A DNA stretch of 64,000 nt from an uncultured delta proteobacterium (GCA_963761335.1 CAVXGR010000017.1:64001-128000); one strand, 5' to 3'; shown: positions 29,231 through 39,214, numbered from the stretch's first letter. Program-made: numbers and translations. Notes: generated by a model from the sequence alone, not told the origin.

Positions 29231-31561
29231 ATGAGCGCGACCCTCGAGGCGGCAGACGGCCTGACTCTGAGACTCGATAGCGACGGCGCCTGGCACCTCG
29301 CCTGGCGGGATCCGGACTGGCTCGGGCCGATCGAGCTGCGGCTGGCGCATGCGGGGCGGACGTCGCAGACCGGTCGGGTGAGCGGTCGCCTTCCGGTGAC
29401 CTTCGAATCCTTCGACGGCAGTGACGATCTGGGCTGCTTCCGCGGCGTCCACCTGTGTTCCGAAGGCCTGCCGCTGCCGATCGCGGCCAGTGCGCGCGCC
29501 TACACTGGGATGCCGCTGGTGGTCTTCCGTCTCGAAGCCGCGGCCGCCATCGAGGGGCTCGGTCGCGGCGCCTTCGCGCGGCCATCGGTCGCGTGGCCGG
29601 CGTTCTCGCCGGCGGAGCGAGTGGCGGGCGGGGCTCCCGAAGGAGCGCGCAGCTACGGGCACCAGTACACCGAGTTCGCCCTGCCGGTCAGCGGCGATGC
29701 GCTCTGCTCGGGATATTTCTTCGCGCCGCACCGGCCGCCGGTGGTGCAGCCGCTCATGCTGGTGGCGCCGGGGGGCCGCACCCTGATGCTGGCGCCGCTC
29801 AACGAGTTCCACGAGCAGATCATCGCCGTTCCCGAGGACCGCGAGCACGCCGCCGACGGCGTGCGCTGCGGCTGGCACGGCGATCTCGAGCAGGTGCCGG
29901 CGGGATTTGCCACCGAGATTGCGGTGTGGGCGGCCGAGGGCCCGCGGCGCGCCCTCGGCGATTGGGCCGCCGCACTGCGGCGCCGGCACGGCACGCAGCG
30001 GCCGTCGCGCTACGCCGACGACCTTCTCGCCAAGCTCTCCTATTGGACCGACAATGGTGCCGTCTACTACTACCGCACCGAGGCGGGCTGCGATTATCCC
30101 ACCACCCTCGAGCGCGTCGTCGAGGACCTGCGGCAGCGGCGGATCCCGGTGCAGTCGGTGCAGATCGACTCGTGGTTCTATCCGCATCGCCATCCGCGCC
30201 CGGTCAGTCCTGAAGGCGCGCCGCTGGTGCCGCCGAGCGGCATGATGACCTGGGAGCCCCGCAGCGACATTCTCCCGGACGGCTTCGCCGACCTGCGCCG
30301 CCGGCTGGGCGGTTTGCCTTTGTCGTTTCACAGCCGGCACTTCTCGAGCGAGTCGCCCTATTTCGATCGCTTTGCCGCCTGGCGCGACGGCGACTATGCC
30401 CATCCCGCCGACACCGGCCTCTTCGATCTGCTGCTGGCGGAGGCGGCGAGCTGGGGCGCGATCACCTACGAGCAGGATTGGATGGTCGAGTCCTTTCTCG
30501 GCGTGCGCGGCCTGCGCCAGGTGCCGGGACGCGCCCGCGCCTGGCAGGAGGCGCTCGACCGCGCCGCCGGGGAGCAGGGCCTGACGCTGCAGTGGTGCAT
30601 GTCGACTCCGGCCGACATGATGCAGACACTGGCGCTGCGCCACGTGGCTTCGGTGCGCACCAGCGGCGATTACCGCTATCTCTTCGACAACGGCCTGAAC
30701 TGGGTCTGGTTCCTGCAGACCAATGCGCTGGCGCGGGCGCTGGGGCTCAACCCGTACAAGGACGTCTTCCTCTCGCACGGCGACGGCGGCGACGGTCTCG
30801 GCGAGCCCTACGCCGAGGTCGAGTCGCTGCTGTCGGCGCTGAGCGCCGGACCGGTGGGCATCGGCGATCGCCTCGGCCGCAGCGTTCGCGAGATCGTCAT
30901 GAGGACATGCCGCGAGGACGGCGTGCTGGTGAAGCCGGACGTGCCGATCGCGGCGCTGGAGCGTTGCTTTCTGGGCAATGCCTTCGCCGAGCACGTGCCC
31001 CTGATCGGCGAAGCGTACTCCGACCATCCGGCCGGCCGCTGGTGGTACGTCGCCACTTTCAACGCCAGCAACGCCAAGCGGCGCCTCGACTGCCGCGTCG
31101 AGCTGAGCGACCTGGGAGCGTCGGCACCCCGGGGGGCGGTGATGCTCTACGACTGGAGACGGCAGACCTGGCAGCGACTGGAAGAGGGAGGCGGCTGGGA
31201 CTGCTCCCTCGAGTTCCAGGACTGGGACTACCGCGTCGTCTGCCCCTTGCTCGCCGGCGGAATCGCCGTTCTGGGTGACGCCGACAAGTACGCCACCGCT
31301 GGCGACCGGCGCCTCGCGCATATCGCCGTGGCCGACGGCGTCGTCTCGTTCGACGTGCTCGGCGTCGCCGGGACGCAGGTCGAGGTCGCCGGCTGGTCGC
31401 AGCAACGGCCGTCGGCGGTGCGCGTCTGGACGCCCGACGGCGAACGCGTGCTGGCGCCGTCGCCGCAGGGCGAGGGATGGTCGTGGGAGGCGAGCGGCGC
31501 CTGGCGCATACGCCTGCACCTCGGCGAGATCGCCTGGGCGCAGGTGCGGGTGAAGATGTGA
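29231..31561 (+). CDS. Hypothetical glycoside-hydrolase-like protein (GH27/GH36-like motifs)
   Basis: IDSWFY, YEQDW, QWCM, RTSGDY and ALSAGPVGIGD parallel raffinose-synthase-type motifs. Confidence 0.6.
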   Translation: MSATLEAADGLTLRLDSDGAWHLAWRDPDWLGPIELRLAHAGRTSQTGRVSGRLPVTFESFDGSDDLGCFRGVHLCSEGLPLPIAASARAYTGMPLVVFRLEAAAAIEGLGRGAFARPSVAWPAFSPAERVAGGAPEGARSYGHQYTEFALPVSGDALCSGYFFAPHRPPVVQPLMLVAPGGRTLMLAPLNEFHEQIIAVPEDREHAADGVRCGWHGDLEQVPAGFATEIAVWAAEGPRRALGDWAAALRRRHGTQRPSRYADDLLAKLSYWTDNGAVYYYRTEAGCDYPTTLERVVEDLRQRRIPVQSVQIDSWFYPHRHPRPVSPEGAPLVPPSGMMTWEPRSDILPDGFADLRRRLGGLPLSFHSRHFSSESPYFDRFAAWRDGDYAHPADTGLFDLLLAEAASWGAITYEQDWMVESFLGVRGLRQVPGRARAWQEALDRAAGEQGLTLQWCMSTPADMMQTLALRHVASVRTSGDYRYLFDNGLNWVWFLQTNALARALGLNPYKDVFLSHGDGGDGLGEPYAEVESLLSALSAGPVGIGDRLGRSVREIVMRTCREDGVLVKPDVPIAALERCFLGNAFAEHVPLIGEAYSDHPAGRWWYVATFNASNAKRRLDCRVELSDLGASAPRGAVMLYDWRRQTWQRLEEGGGWDCSLEFQDWDYRVVCPLLAGGIAVLGDADKYATAGDRRLAHIAVADGVVSFDVLGVAGTQVEVAGWSQQRPSAVRVWTPDGERVLAPSPQGEGWSWEASGAWRIRLHLGEIAWAQVRVKM

Positions 31562-31601
31562 GCTCGGCGGGCCTCATGATATGGGATGCCGCGAAATGGA
31601 A

Positions 31602-31985
31602 ATGATCACGCACACCGGCGGCTGCCACTGTGGTCGGGTTCGCTTCGAGGTCGATGCTCCGGCGGAGATCGAGGTCCACGAGTGCAACTGCTCGATGTGC
31701 GGCAAGGTCGGCTATCTCCACCTGACCGTGCCGCGCTCGCGCTTTCGTCTGCGCCGCGGGGGAGATCACCTGACCAGCTACAGATTCAACACCGGCGTCG
31801 CCGAGCACCTCTTCTGTGCGGTCTGCGGCGTCAAGTCGTTCTACGTGCCGCGCTCGCACCCCGACGGTTACAGCGTCAATGCGCGTTGCCTCGATCCGGG
31901 CACCGTCCACGGTCAGCGGGTGATCCCCTTCGACGGCGCTCACTGGGAAGCGCACATCGCCGAGCTGCCGGCGCGGCCGAAGTGA
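31602..31985 (+). CDS. GFA (glutathione-dependent formaldehyde-activating) family
   Basis: GGCHCG, CNCSMC, HLFCAVCG, PRSHPDG. Confidence 0.92.
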   Translation: MITHTGGCHCGRVRFEVDAPAEIEVHECNCSMCGKVGYLHLTVPRSRFRLRRGGDHLTSYRFNTGVAEHLFCAVCGVKSFYVPRSHPDGYSVNARCLDPGTVHGQRVIPFDGAHWEAHIAELPARPK

Positions 31986-32024
31986 AACCGGACTGCGGCG
32001 AATCGATCGCGATGGAGGTTTGAT

Positions 32025-32630
32025 ATGCGTGTGCGTGTTGTCGGCGCCGGCCTCGGCCGGACGGGGACGAAGTCTTTGAAGGACGCGCTGGAGCGCCTGC
32101 TGGGCGCTCCCTGCTATCACATGCTCGAGGTCTTTGTGCATCCCGAGCACGTGCCCCTGTGGCACGCCGCTGCCAAGGGGCAGATGCCCGACTGGCACGA
32201 GCTCCTGGGCGGCTACGCTGCCGCGGTGGACTGGCCGGCGGCGGCGTTCTGGCCGGAGCTCAGCGAAGCCCTTCCCGACGCTCTGGTGCTGCTCTCGGTG
32301 CGCGACCCGGAGTCGTGGTGGCAGAGCGCCAGCGAGACGATCTTCCGCGAGATCGGCAAGCATTCGGGGACCCCCTGGTACGACATGGTCATGGAGCTGA
32401 TGGCGAATCGCTTCACCAGTGCCCTCGGCGATCGCGATGCGGCGATCGCGGCGATGGAGCGCCACAATGCGCGGGTGCGGGCGACGGTGCCGGCGCATCG
32501 CCTGCTCGAGTGGCGCGCCGGCGACGGCTGGGAGCCGCTGTGCGCCGCGCTTGGCGTGCCGGTGCCCGACGAGCCGTTCCCGCACACCAACACACGCGCC
32601 GATTGGGAGGCGCGTCGTACGGCGGAGTAG
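32025..32630 (+). CDS. Sulfotransferase-family (P-loop) protein
   Basis: VVGAGLGRTGTKSLK, CYHM, DGWEPLC, PFPHTN. Confidence 0.9.
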   Translation: MRVRVVGAGLGRTGTKSLKDALERLLGAPCYHMLEVFVHPEHVPLWHAAAKGQMPDWHELLGGYAAAVDWPAAAFWPELSEALPDALVLLSVRDPESWWQSASETIFREIGKHSGTPWYDMVMELMANRFTSALGDRDAAIAAMERHNARVRATVPAHRLLEWRAGDGWEPLCAALGVPVPDEPFPHTNTRADWEARRTAE

Positions 32631-32634
32631 CGGG

Positions 32635-32711
32635 AGGGGACAGGCACCTTTTCGGCGATGGAACCGGAATCGCCTATTGAGGCTCCTGCCGCCGAAAAGG
32701 AGCCTGTCCCC
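32635..32711. repeat. REP-like family D, intact copy
   Basis: GGGGACAGGCACCTTTTCGGCG ... CGCCGAAAAGGAGCCTGTCCCC. Confidence 0.85.
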
Positions 32712-32729
32712 AGCCGGCGCGATGAGCGC

Positions 32730-33932
32730 ATGACTGAGCAACCGCACACCTACGCCGTCTGGGGGAGCGAGCTGTCGCCGTTCGCGCTCAAGCTGCGAGC
32801 GCTGCTCGACTACGCGCAGATCCCCTACCGCTGGCTCCCCGACGAGGGCGGGCGTCTGGAGAATGCGCTGGTTCAATGGCGCCTCGGTCAGGCGAAGCGC
32901 CGTCGCGCCGTGCGCCGCCATCCCGGGCTGTCGCCGCTGGACGAGTACCCGCTGGTCCCCTTTCTCGTGGAGGATGGTCGTCGCTTTCAGTACGATTCCT
33001 CGGCGCTGGCGCACTGGCTCGACGGCTGCGCGCCGCGGCGCTCGCCACCGCTATTTCCCGAGGCGCCGGCGCTCGCCTTCACGGCGCAGCTCATCGATGA
33101 GGCCTTCGACGAGTTCGGTCTCTACATGGTGCACCACATGCGTTGGGTGCTCTCGGCGGCGACCAACGACGCCGGTCGCCGGCTGGCCCGCGAGATGCGG
33201 CATGTCCTGCCGATCGGCGCCGGGCCGATTCTGGCGCGCTGGTTCTCGGCGCGGCAGGTGCGGCGGCTGCCGTACCTCTTCAGCGTCGCGCCGTCCGGCG
33301 GTGCGCCCGGCCCGCGCCCGGAGCTGACCCCGCCCCATCGTCCGGGCTGGCCGGAGACGCACGGCCTGCTCGACGAGGCCTGGCGCGCCTATCTCGCCGG
33401 GATGGAGGCGGTGCTCAGCCGACAGCCGTATCTGCTCGGCGAGCGCTTCACCGTCGCCGACGCCAGCGCCTACGGTCAGCTCGGCATGAATCTCACCGAC
33501 CCGACGGCTGCCGAGTCGATGCGCGAGCGGGCTCCGGTGAGCTTCGCCTGGCTCTGCCGCATTCGCGACCGCGGCCACGTCGGCAGCGACGGCTCGCTGG
33601 CCCTCTCTCCGCACCTGTCGCCGTTGCTCGACATCATTCTGAGGACCTTCGCGCCGCTGATGCGCCAGAATGAGGCGGCATACGAGCGGGCCCGGCGTCA
33701 GGGCGAGACGATGTTCAACGAGCCCGCCTTCGACCGCGCCCGCGCCCTCTACGACGGCGAGCTTCTCGGCCGGCCGTTCCGCTCCGTGGCAAAATCGTTC
33801 CAGGTGCGGGCCTGGCGCGAGCTGGTCGCGGCCTGGGAGAATCTCGGACCCGGCGATCAGCGAGAAGTGATCAGCGCCCTGGGGTCGCGGCCAGCCTGGC
33901 CGCCGGAATTTGCGGCCAAGCCGGAGTCCTGA
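32730..33932 (+). CDS. Glutathione S-transferase family protein
   Basis: G.ELSPF..KLR..L.Y, VP, DSS, PYLLGERFTVAD. Confidence 0.85.
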   Translation: MTEQPHTYAVWGSELSPFALKLRALLDYAQIPYRWLPDEGGRLENALVQWRLGQAKRRRAVRRHPGLSPLDEYPLVPFLVEDGRRFQYDSSALAHWLDGCAPRRSPPLFPEAPALAFTAQLIDEAFDEFGLYMVHHMRWVLSAATNDAGRRLAREMRHVLPIGAGPILARWFSARQVRRLPYLFSVAPSGGAPGPRPELTPPHRPGWPETHGLLDEAWRAYLAGMEAVLSRQPYLLGERFTVADASAYGQLGMNLTDPTAAESMRERAPVSFAWLCRIRDRGHVGSDGSLALSPHLSPLLDIILRTFAPLMRQNEAAYERARRQGETMFNEPAFDRARALYDGELLGRPFRSVAKSFQVRAWRELVAAWENLGPGDQREVISALGSRPAWPPEFAAKPES

Positions 33933-33959
33933 TCGATTTGGCGCGGGCCCCGCCTCTAT

Positions 33960-34060
33960 GAGGCGGTCTCAAAGCCCGGGCAAAACGATTCCGCCGGCCC
34001 GCGGGCCAAGGTAGAAGCGGCGTCTCGCCGCTTCGGAAAGCGCCGGGACGGCGCTCCTAC
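33960..34060 (+). repeat. Family B GTAG-REP doublet with MITE left end; overlaps the amidase stop
   Basis: GAGGCGGTCTCAAAGCCCGGGCAAAACGATTCCGCC...GTAGAAGCGGCGTCTCGCCGCTTCGGAAAGCGCCGGGACGGCGCTCCTAC. Confidence 0.85.
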
Positions 34061-35493
34061 ACCGGTGGGCGGCGTGTTGCCCAGGGGCTGGCCTCTTCCA
34101 GCTGTGCGGCGACGCGCAGGAGGAGATCCTCCCGGCCGTAGGCGGCGACGACCTGCACGCCGATCGGCAAGCCGTCCGCGCTCCAGTGCAACGGCAATGA
34201 GATCGCCGGCTGCCCGGTGATGTTGAATGGCGGCGTGAAGGCGATCAGCGCCAGCAGCTTCTCGACGTTCCCGGGGTTCTCGCGCGACCCCGCCAGCTCG
34301 CCGATTCGCGGCGGTGGCGCGGTGATCGTCGGCGTGAGCAGCAGGTCGAAGCCGTTCTCCCACCACTGCGCCATGCGCCGCGTGTAGCCGTTCATCCAAT
34401 CGATCGCCTGCAGGTAGATCGGCGCTGGGCAGGCGCGACCGAGCTCGGCGAAAGACCAGGTCCCCGGCTCCACACTTTCCTCGGGTACCGGCTTGCCGAT
34501 CGCTGCACCCCAATAGTCGAGTGCTGCGGCCACCCAGGCGGTCACCAGGACGGTGAAGTTCTGGCCGGTCTCGGCGGCGTGGTCGAGAGGCTCCGGGTAG
34601 GACTCCTCGACCCGATGGCCGAGCGACTCGAGGAGGCGCGCGGCGTTGCGCACGGCGGTGGCGCATTCCGGGTGCGACTCGATCTCACGCGTGGAGGTGA
34701 GCACGCCGACGCGCAGGCGCCCGGGAGCGCGGCCGACCTCCTCGGCGTAGGGGCGCGCCGGCGGCGGGGCGGTGTACGGGTCGCCCGGCATCGGGCCGCT
34801 GATGGCGTCGAGGATGGCGGCCGAGTCGCGCACCGAGCGAGTCACCGCGTGGGAGATCACCAGGCCGTGCCAGTACTCGCCGTGCTCCGGGCCGAGCGAC
34901 ACCCGACCGCGCGAGGGTTTCAGACCCACCAGCCCGCACTCGCTGGCGGGAATGCGGATCGAGCCGCCGCCGTCACTGGCGTGCGCCGCCGGCACCATTC
35001 CCGCTGCCACCGCCGCCGCCGAGCCGCCGCTGGAGCCGCCGGTCGAGTGCTCGGGGTTCCAGGGGTTCCGGCTGGGACCGTAGGCGAGTGGCTCGGTGGT
35101 GATGTTCAGGCCGAGCTCCGGGGTGTTGGTCTTGCCGAGGAAGACGAAGCCGGCGGCGCGCAGCTTGGCGGTGAGGTAGCTGTCGTGGGTGGCGATGTAG
35201 CGGTGGTCGCGCAGGAAGCGCATGCCGGCGTGGAAGGGATCGCCGGCCGAGTAGGTGTCGAGGTCCTTGAGCAGGAATGGAACGCCGCGAAACGGCCCTC
35301 CCGGCAGGTCTCCGGCGGCCTGCTGGCGGGCCTTCTCGTACAGCGGGGTGATGACTGCGTTGAGGCGGGGATTTCGATCCTGGATGCGGCGGATGGCGGC
35401 CTCGACCAGTTCGATGGGCTTCACTTCCCCACGGCGGACGAGATCCGCCTGGGCGCTGGCGTCGAGGTCGAGAGTGGACAGGTCGGCGTTCAT
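34057..35493 (-). CDS. Amidase (amidase-signature family)
   Basis: [33 protein letters not shown]. Confidence 0.95.
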   Translation of the reverse strand: MNADLSTLDLDASAQADLVRRGEVKPIELVEAAIRRIQDRNPRLNAVITPLYEKARQQAAGDLPGGPFRGVPFLLKDLDTYSAGDPFHAGMRFLRDHRYIATHDSYLTAKLRAAGFVFLGKTNTPELGLNITTEPLAYGPSRNPWNPEHSTGGSSGGSAAAVAAGMVPAAHASDGGGSIRIPASECGLVGLKPSRGRVSLGPEHGEYWHGLVISHAVTRSVRDSAAILDAISGPMPGDPYTAPPPARPYAEEVGRAPGRLRVGVLTSTREIESHPECATAVRNAARLLESLGHRVEESYPEPLDHAAETGQNFTVLVTAWVAAALDYWGAAIGKPVPEESVEPGTWSFAELGRACPAPIYLQAIDWMNGYTRRMAQWWENGFDLLLTPTITAPPPRIGELAGSRENPGNVEKLLALIAFTPPFNITGQPAISLPLHWSADGLPIGVQVVAAYGREDLLLRVAAQLEEASPWATRRPPV

Positions 35494-35582
35494 GGCAGCG
35501 GTGTACGCCCGATATCGGCGCAAAGTCCAGGGCGCCGACGGCGATTTATCGCGGCGCCGGGATGTGACACCATGGCGGGGCG

Positions 35583-36581
35583 ATGGACCTTCGCTCCGGC
35601 TTCGTGGATCTGATCGGCAACACGCCGCTGGTGCGGCTGCGCCGGGCTTCGGAGGAGACCCGCTGCGAGATCCTCGGAAAGTGCGAGTTTCTGAATCCGG
35701 GCGGCTCCATCAAGGATCGCGCCGCGCTCTACATCGTGCGCGACGCCGAGGAGCGCGGGCTGCTGCATCCGGGAGGTGTGATCGTCGAGGGAACCGCCGG
35801 CAACACCGGAATCGGCCTGGCGCTGGTCGGCAACGCGCTCGGTTACCGCACGGTGATCGTCATGCCGGAGACGCAGAGTCAGGAGAAGAAGGACACTCTG
35901 CGGCTCTGTCGCGCCGACCTGCGTCTGGTCCCCGCCGTGCCCTACAGGGATCCCGGCAACTACGTCCACGTCTCCGAGCGACTGGCGAAGGAGCTCGAGG
36001 CCAGCGAGCCGAACGGGGCGATCTGGGCCAACCAGTTCGACAATGTCGCCAACCGGCGGGCGCACTACGAGACCACCGGGGCGGAGATCTGGAGGCAGAC
36101 CGCCGGCAAGGTGGACGCCTTTGTCGCCGCGGTCGGCACCGGCGGTACGCTCGCCGGTGTGGGCATGGCTCTCAAGGAGCGCAATCCAGCGGTGCGCATC
36201 GTCCTCGCCGACCCGATGGGTGCGGCGCTGTACCACTATTACACGGACGGCGAGCTTCGCGCCGAAGGCAGCTCGATTACCGAGGGGATCGGACAGGGGC
36301 GAATCACCCGGAATCTGGAGGGCGCTCCCGTGGATCAGGCGCTGCAGATTCCCGACGAAGAGGCGCTGCCGGTGATCTTCGGCCTGCTCGAGGACGAAGG
36401 GCTGGTGGTCGGTGGCTCCACCGGCATCAACGTCGCCGGCGCTATTCGCGTCGCCCGCGACATGGGGCCGGGCAAGGTGATCGTCACCGTCCTCTGCGAC
36501 TACGGCACGCGCTACCAGAGCAAGCTCTTCAACCCGGAATTTCTGCGATCAAAAAATCTGCCGGTGCCGGAGTGGTTGTAG
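35583..36581 (+). CDS. cysK: Cysteine synthase A (PLP-dependent)
   Basis: IGNTPLV, KCEFLNPGGSIKDR, EGTAGNTG, GTGGT, TEGIG. Confidence 0.9.
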   Translation: MDLRSGFVDLIGNTPLVRLRRASEETRCEILGKCEFLNPGGSIKDRAALYIVRDAEERGLLHPGGVIVEGTAGNTGIGLALVGNALGYRTVIVMPETQSQEKKDTLRLCRADLRLVPAVPYRDPGNYVHVSERLAKELEASEPNGAIWANQFDNVANRRAHYETTGAEIWRQTAGKVDAFVAAVGTGGTLAGVGMALKERNPAVRIVLADPMGAALYHYYTDGELRAEGSSITEGIGQGRITRNLEGAPVDQALQIPDEEALPVIFGLLEDEGLVVGGSTGINVAGAIRVARDMGPGKVIVTVLCDYGTRYQSKLFNPEFLRSKNLPVPEWL

Positions 36582-36585
36582 AGAA

Positions 36586-36721
36586 GTATCTCGGTATCTC
36601 GGTATCTCAGTGGGTCGGTATCTCGGTATTTGGGTTTCACTGAGCCACCGAGAAACTGAGAAACTGAGCCACCGAGAACCCGAGCCACTGAGAAACTGGG
36701 CCACTGAACCACCGAGCCACC
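36586..36721. repeat. Inverted pair of degenerate octamer arrays
   Basis: About 6 x GTATCTCG followed by about 10 x AC(T/C)GAG(AA/CC) in the opposite orientation. Confidence 0.9.
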
Positions 36722-36722
36722 C

Positions 36723-36767
36723 GCGCGGGTTGAGGTCGGAACCTTTGGTTCCGACCTCAGCCCGCGC
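36723..36767. repeat. Long hairpin overlapping the oxidoreductase stop (possible terminator/REP)
   Basis: GCGCGGGTTGAGGTCGGAACC-TTT-GGTTCCGACCTCAGCCCGCGC. Confidence 0.7.
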
Positions 36768-38121
36768 TGTTCTTCCGGATCCATTCGTCGAAGGACCCTT
36801 CATAACCGACCTGCCGCTGGCGCTCCTGGACACGAGCCATGATCTCCCTGGCCTTTTCGGGCGCGATCGGCGGCTGGCGCCCGACCCAGACCGCCATTTC
36901 ACCGGCGTCGTCGCGGGGGCCTTCGGCGATCGGCCCGAGCAGCGCCTCCTCGCCGCGGTGGTCGGCATCGGCCAGCCCGAGGAACTCCTCGATCAGATGG
37001 GTCGACACGGCGATGCTGTGCTTGCGCGAGTCGAGGATGTTGCCCTTGCCGGTGACCACGTTGCCGGTGCTGAACACCGTATCGTAGCCGGCCAGCCGTC
37101 CGAGATGCGGATCGACGTAGCTGTAGAGATGGTCCTTCTGCTCGATGCCGCGCATCGGCTCGGGAATGCTGCCGATGGAGCTGATCACCATCGGCGCGCG
37201 CACCTCTTCGATCTCGCCTTCGATGGGCACGGGCCGTCCAGCCTCGACGCGGGTGTGCTGGAAGCGCAGGCCCGCGAGGCGGTCGCCCTCGACGATCAGG
37301 CCGACGGGGACCATCAGCGGGCGCACGCTGAAACAGTACTTCTGCATGGCCTTCTCGAGGATCTTTCGCCGCGTCGCCTCGAAGCGCAGCCGCCGCCCCT
37401 CGTCGGCGTCTGCGGGGATATCGGCGAGGGGCATGTCCTCGATGCGCCGCCGGTAGAAGAGGGTGGCGCCGCGCAGGCCCAGGGTGTCCCAGTCGAGACC
37501 GTGCGCGGCGAGCGTGTCGGGAATGCCGGCGTGCTCGATCTCGAGCATGTCCACGGCGATGCCGCGTTCGGCCAGCAGCCGACGGACGAGCTCGATCTGT
37601 AGCGCCTTCATCACATCGATCGAGGCCAGGCCGCCGCCGACGACGATGGTATCGTCGGCGATCTCGTACTGCGGGCCGGTGTAGCCGTCTTCTGGAAAGT
37701 GATTGAACCAATGGATGAAGGCGTTCTGGTAGACGAGGCCGCGACCGACGAAGGCCTCGGCTCCCTCGATCGGCAGACGGCGGTCCCGCCAGGCGCCGTG
37801 TGCCAGCAGGACGGCGGTAAATCCCCATTCTCGGGCCAGCGCCGGAAACTCGATGTCCCGCCCGATCTTGGTCAGGGGAACGAAGTGGATGTGCGGATCC
37901 GAGAGCCTCTGGTTGATAGTCTCGTATTCCTTGCGCCGCAGGCGCACGTGCCAGCGTGGCAGGCCGTCCTCGATCTTTCCGTAGGGACGGACGTTCTGCT
38001 CGAAGATGACGCAGTCGACGCCCTGCCGCGCCAGGATGGCGGCGGCCTCCGCCCCGGCGGTGGCGCCGCCGACGATGGCGACGATATGTTGCGGTGTCTC
38101 GGCTTCCACAGAGCGGACCAT
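36757..38121 (-). CDS. FAD/NAD(P)-dependent oxidoreductase (GltD / ferredoxin-NADP reductase-like)
   Basis: IVGGATAG, PYGKIEDGLPRWH, VVGGGLASIDV, YRRR. Confidence 0.8.
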   Translation of the reverse strand: MVRSVEAETPQHIVAIVGGATAGAEAAAILARQGVDCVIFEQNVRPYGKIEDGLPRWHVRLRRKEYETINQRLSDPHIHFVPLTKIGRDIEFPALAREWGFTAVLLAHGAWRDRRLPIEGAEAFVGRGLVYQNAFIHWFNHFPEDGYTGPQYEIADDTIVVGGGLASIDVMKALQIELVRRLLAERGIAVDMLEIEHAGIPDTLAAHGLDWDTLGLRGATLFYRRRIEDMPLADIPADADEGRRLRFEATRRKILEKAMQKYCFSVRPLMVPVGLIVEGDRLAGLRFQHTRVEAGRPVPIEGEIEEVRAPMVISSIGSIPEPMRGIEQKDHLYSYVDPHLGRLAGYDTVFSTGNVVTGKGNILDSRKHSIAVSTHLIEEFLGLADADHRGEEALLGPIAEGPRDDAGEMAVWVGRQPPIAPEKAREIMARVQERQRQVGYEGSFDEWIRKNSAG

Positions 38122-38221
38122 AGCGCAAACTCCCCCCGATTCTGCAAGCTTCTCTGGCACCCCGTCGCTGCTTTTTTGGGGAGACCTTGAATAGCCTGAA
38201 ACCGCAGCCGTCTGAAGGGGC

Positions 38222-38560
38222 ATGAGAGCGGTTTCGGACCACCAGTGGCTGCGCCTTGCGTCTGCGGCTCTGGCCCTGACCGCCTTCCTGTCCCTGGCCC
38301 CGCGGCCGGTGACCACCCCCCGTCACCGGCCGCACCGTCACGCCGCCGGCGTCGCTCACGCGGGCGTCTGGGCCGTACCGGCCGATGGACCCGACGTGGA
38401 CGGACAGTCGGCCGCCTTCGAGGCGGCGACCTCCCAGATCGCCGAGGCGCCCCCCATCCGCATCGTCCCCGCGGTCGCCCGGGTATCCGATACCCAGCCG
38501 CTCCGCCGCCGCATCATCCGCCTCAAGCTCTTCGCGGACGACGACCCGCTCCTGCCGTAG
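38222..38560 (+). CDS. Hypothetical protein with N-terminal hydrophobic segment
   Basis: ORF divergent from the oxidoreductase; no family recognised. Confidence 0.45.
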   Translation: MRAVSDHQWLRLASAALALTAFLSLAPRPVTTPRHRPHRHAAGVAHAGVWAVPADGPDVDGQSAAFEAATSQIAEAPPIRIVPAVARVSDTQPLRRRIIRLKLFADDDPLLP

Positions 38561-38671
38561 GCCCCGGTCGGCAAAGGGCCCTCGGGTTCAGGCAACCGGT
38601 CGCCAGCTTCTGCCAAGACCGGCCTGCTACCCGAGCCGTTCCACTCTTCAACTCTGGATTGGGAGCGTGTC

Positions 38672-38917
38672 ATGCTGCACGCAGTGATTCGCGCGGGAAA
38701 AGAAGCCTTTCATTTCTTCGGAGACGTCGATGCCTACAGCCTGCAGACGGTGCGACAGCACGTTCGGCAGGGATCCAAGGAGTTCGGCAACGTTCACCTC
38801 AGCCTGGAGATCGACCCCGCTGATCAGAAGGAGTTCCAGCGCCGTTCCCGGCGCTGGCTACCTCGACTGAGCGACGCGGGCACAGTGGTCGAGGTGAAGA
38901 TCCTCGGCGCCGGGTGA
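38672..38917 (+). CDS. Small hypothetical protein, weakly STAS-like
   Basis: RBS-like GGGAG; F.GDVDAYSLQTVRQ resembles the STAS G-D-L-D start. Confidence 0.55.
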   Translation: MLHAVIRAGKEAFHFFGDVDAYSLQTVRQHVRQGSKEFGNVHLSLEIDPADQKEFQRRSRRWLPRLSDAGTVVEVKILGAG

Positions 38918-39214
38918 CGGGCCGTGCGGCGGGGTGCCGGGCCGGGAACGGCCGCCCCCGCCGCCACCCGGTGCTGCGCCTTGCCCGGTGCTACGCCTTG
39001 ATGGATGAGGCGGGCACGGTCCCCCCTCCCGTCTTCACCCCCCGGTCGTATTTCCCAAGCCTCGCAACGTCCCCGGTTCGCTTCCGAGTGAGCGGTGGCT
39101 GCTCCACCGGCCGGCGGATTGCCTGGCGTTCCTCTGCCCGCGGACGGTTGCCTCATCGCGCCGCACTGGCGTAAAGCAATCGGTAGGCACCGCCGGCGGT
39201 GTCGGTTGCGACGC

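Noticed and set aside
26927..31519. 1530-aa minus-strand ORF
   Set aside because: Antisense shadow of two well-formed plus-strand genes; Arg/Ala-rich with no motifs, typical of high-GC DNA.
36586..36721. Possible CRISPR array
   Set aside because: 8-bp tandem units with no spacers and no cas genes.
38155..38172. TGGCAC as a sigma54 promoter
   Set aside because: No TTGC at the required spacing.
39004..39157. Retron msr/msd, 6S RNA, SAH riboswitch or tmRNA
   Set aside because: No RT nearby and diagnostic consensus motifs not matched; kept only as an unassigned candidate.
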